DNA from: a virus
Lineage: Duplodnaviria > Caudoviricetes
IMG/VR virus record: IMGVR_UViG_3300024518_003409
Coordinates: 1 to 36,264 of that record
Strand: one strand, 5' to 3'
Length of the DNA stretch: 36,264 nt
Part shown: in pieces, positions 34,532 to 36,264 of the stretch
Layout: every line of letters begins with the position of its first letter
Numbering within the stretch: the stretch's first letter is position 1
Notes under the pieces: model-generated
What the model was told of the DNA's origin: nothing
What the model saw: only the letters and a program-made list of their open reading frames with translations
Database searches by the model: none
Program-made: the position numbers and the translations under genes

Positions 34532-34694
34532 GATGGAGATAGAAGAAGGCGTCAGAGTCTTTATTGAGCTCGTGGGGAGCTTCGCAATGATCGCGAGCCT
34601 CACTCCGAATAGTTCCGACAACGCTGCAATCGATGTAGTGCTGCGGGTAATCAACGCCCTCGGCGCCAACCTTGGCAAGGCGCGGAACCGATGA
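34524..34694 (+). CDS. Small putative holin (56 aa, absent from the ORF track)
   Basis: MDKMEIEEGVRVFIELVGSFAMIASLTPNSSDNAAIDVVLRVINALGANLGKARNR; IA.LTP...D...IN.LG.N.GKA.N pattern seen in small phage holin-like proteins. Confidence 0.6.
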   Translation: MDKMEIEEGVRVFIELVGSFAMIASLTPNSSDNAAIDVVLRVINALGANLGKARNR

Positions 34695-34921
34695 GGGTAC
34701 TAGCGGCACTGGCCGCAATCACTCTCCTGGCCGGCTGCACGACCGCTCGAGACGGAGCAGGGGACCGATGCTCGAGGCTATCCGCTCTTGCTATCGAGGT
34801 CGCAGAAGAGATCTCAGCGAGCGTAGACAATGCAGGCAGGGCGGTAGAGTTGATCCGCGAACACAAAGCCCTCGGCAAGGCGGCAACCGAGCTAGGCTGC
34901 GGCCAGATCTTCCCCGAGTGA
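34691..34921 (+). CDS. Lipoprotein (o-spanin-like)
   Basis: Lipobox LAGC plus two further Cys; ATGA overlap. Confidence 0.7.
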   Translation: MRVLAALAAITLLAGCTTARDGAGDRCSRLSALAIEVAEEISASVDNAGRAVELIREHKALGKAATELGCGQIFPE

Positions 34922-35298
34922 TCCGGCTAGCCTTCCTCGCCATCTTCGTTACAGCAGCGATGGCAGCCGCCGGAGATACACGGATCTTCCGGCAGCCACC
35001 CTCACCCGTCGAAGTCGATCATTACCGCGTCGTCCTGACGTGGCAAGGAGGCTCGCTCGAGATCGCAACCCAGCCCGAGCTGATCGACGGGCTCTGGTAT
35101 CTCGAGGTGCCACCCCTTTGCACGGATGCAGAGTGGGAGGTGACCGCCGTCTCCGCCGAGGGCGCAGAGCAGGCCTCGAGCAATGGACCGAAGGCTATCG
35201 AGTGGGCAGGCTGCCAGCGCTACGACGTGGACGGAGACGGGGCGGTGAGTGTTTCAGATGTGGTGGATGTGATGAGGCATATGGGGCGGTGTGATTAG
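34918..35298 (+). CDS. Secreted protein: Fn3-like domain plus dockerin/EF-hand-like Ca loop
   Basis: GTGA overlap; signal peptide; VDHYRV...VTAVS..G.E...SN; DVDGDGAVSVSD. Confidence 0.65.
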   Translation: MIRLAFLAIFVTAAMAAAGDTRIFRQPPSPVEVDHYRVVLTWQGGSLEIATQPELIDGLWYLEVPPLCTDAEWEVTAVSAEGAEQASSNGPKAIEWAGCQRYDVDGDGAVSVSDVVDVMRHMGRCD

Positions 35299-35468
35299 TC
35301 CGCATACCCTTGGTATTGATTCTTTTTCGGCGCGTTCTCTGGGTCCCTCTTCGCCTGCCGCCTCCGCTTGCGTGCCGTCCAGCGCTTGACCCACCACTTA
35401 AAGGTGCGAGTGCGACTGGGGCGCCCAAGCTTCCATCTGCCTTCAGCTTGCGAGGTTTCTTGGCTCAT
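35295..35468 (-). CDS. 57-aa basic protein (absent from the ORF track)
   Basis: MSQETSQAEGRWKLGRPSRTRTFKWWVKRWTARKRRRQAKRDPENAPKKNQYQGYAD; ATGA overlap; its stop overlaps the convergent stop. Confidence 0.6.
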   Translation of the reverse strand: MSQETSQAEGRWKLGRPSRTRTFKWWVKRWTARKRRRQAKRDPENAPKKNQYQGYAD

Positions 35469-35911
35469 ACCAGCCCCTTCTCAGCCTGCCTCTGCCGCCA
35501 CTCCTCGAGATCCTGCATGGCATGCTCCATCAGTTTGTAGTGCTCTTTCTCAACATCTGTACCCGGCTTGCGGTACATCCTGAGCGCCTTAGCTACGAGC
35601 TCGCCCATTGCGTGACTGCGAATTCCAAAAGCAAATATTACATCTGCCGGGTCTGCATCCGCCGAGATCATGACTTTGCCGCCGCGAGTGACTTCCCTCT
35701 TGGCTTTGTAATAGTCGGGGATGTGGCGGGCTGAGGGGTCGAATGGGACTGAGGTCTGGGGCATATCGGGTTCCTTCTCGAGCGCATGTTTAGGGGCCTT
35801 CTTCATCGCGTGCCAGCCGGACATATTGCCAGAGGCCTCCTTTCTACAAAGCGCGCACAGGGGCGAATTGTCTGGCTCGTCTTCATACAGGCAAGCGCGG
35901 CAATCTCTCAA
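35465..35911 (-). CDS. Hypothetical protein, weakly DUF3310-like; start uncertain
   Basis: P.YY...DVIFAF.....G..V.K.LR..RK pattern. Confidence 0.5.
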   Translation of the reverse strand: MRDCRACLYEDEPDNSPLCALCRKEASGNMSGWHAMKKAPKHALEKEPDMPQTSVPFDPSARHIPDYYKAKREVTRGGKVMISADADPADVIFAFGIRSHAMGELVAKALRMYRKPGTDVEKEHYKLMEHAMQDLEEWRQRQAEKGLV

Positions 35912-36131
35912 TCAACGCATCCCACCGAGCCGCCTTCATCTTTGCCTCTGCTAGTTCTGCTTCGAGTTCAGCGATGCGCTCATTGTCTTTCCTCACTGCG
36001 AGCGCATCAGTCAGTTCTTCGATGCGTTTATTGGTAGTTGCCGCCTCCTGCCTCTGCCGATTTCTATCATCGGATCGAGCAGCCTCATCGAGAAATGCAG
36101 TCGCCGTGTGTGGTGGCTTCTCAGTCTCCAT
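35883..36131 (-). CDS. Mosaic accessory protein (RIAELE and truncated ARWDAL modules)
   Basis: Starts at the junction motif; shares DNA blocks with 6-416 and 1318-1836. Confidence 0.7.
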   Translation of the reverse strand: METEKPPHTATAFLDEAARSDDRNRQRQEAATTNKRIEELTDALAVRKDNERIAELEAELAEAKMKAARWDALIERLPRLPV

Positions 36132-36264
36132 CTCTACCCCTCCTCTTCAATCAACGCATCGGCGAGGGCTTCTGGGGAGTCATAAACAGACTGCACGAAT
36201 GCCCCAGTGTGGATGGTTGTCCAAGCCCTCTCCATCCCATACTGCGGCGGGATGCGGTTCCATA
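36129..36264. repeat. Terminal copy of the 136-bp repeat
   Basis: Identical to 1-136. Confidence 0.95.

Overview
The window looks like a near-complete or complete (~36.1 kb, probably circular) temperate, podovirus-like phage genome in its excised form. The first 136 bp recur at the end (36129-36264), and an intact attP-like site (tRNA 3' end flanked by paired arm-type repeats) lies beside a tyrosine integrase. Leftward arm (- strand): XRE repressor, a degenerate ImmA/IrrE-like gene, a Sak4/DUF669/Cas4-like recombination module, integrase, an M15 peptidase, and an array of small mosaic genes with identical junctions that continues across the contig ends. Rightward arm (+ strand): replication initiator, RuvC-like resolvase, metallophosphoesterase, TerS, GpA-type TerL, P22-like portal, scaffold, N4-gp56-like capsid, short-tail and ejection proteins, then a block of signal-peptide-bearing Cys-paired proteins (fibre-like protein, sulfatase, Fn3/dockerin-like protein) interleaved with holin- and spanin-like genes. 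The most unusual parts are the module-shuffled gene array next to attP, the exported late-gene block, and two hairpin-dense intergenic RNA candidates. All family assignments are motif recognition by eye; no searches were run.
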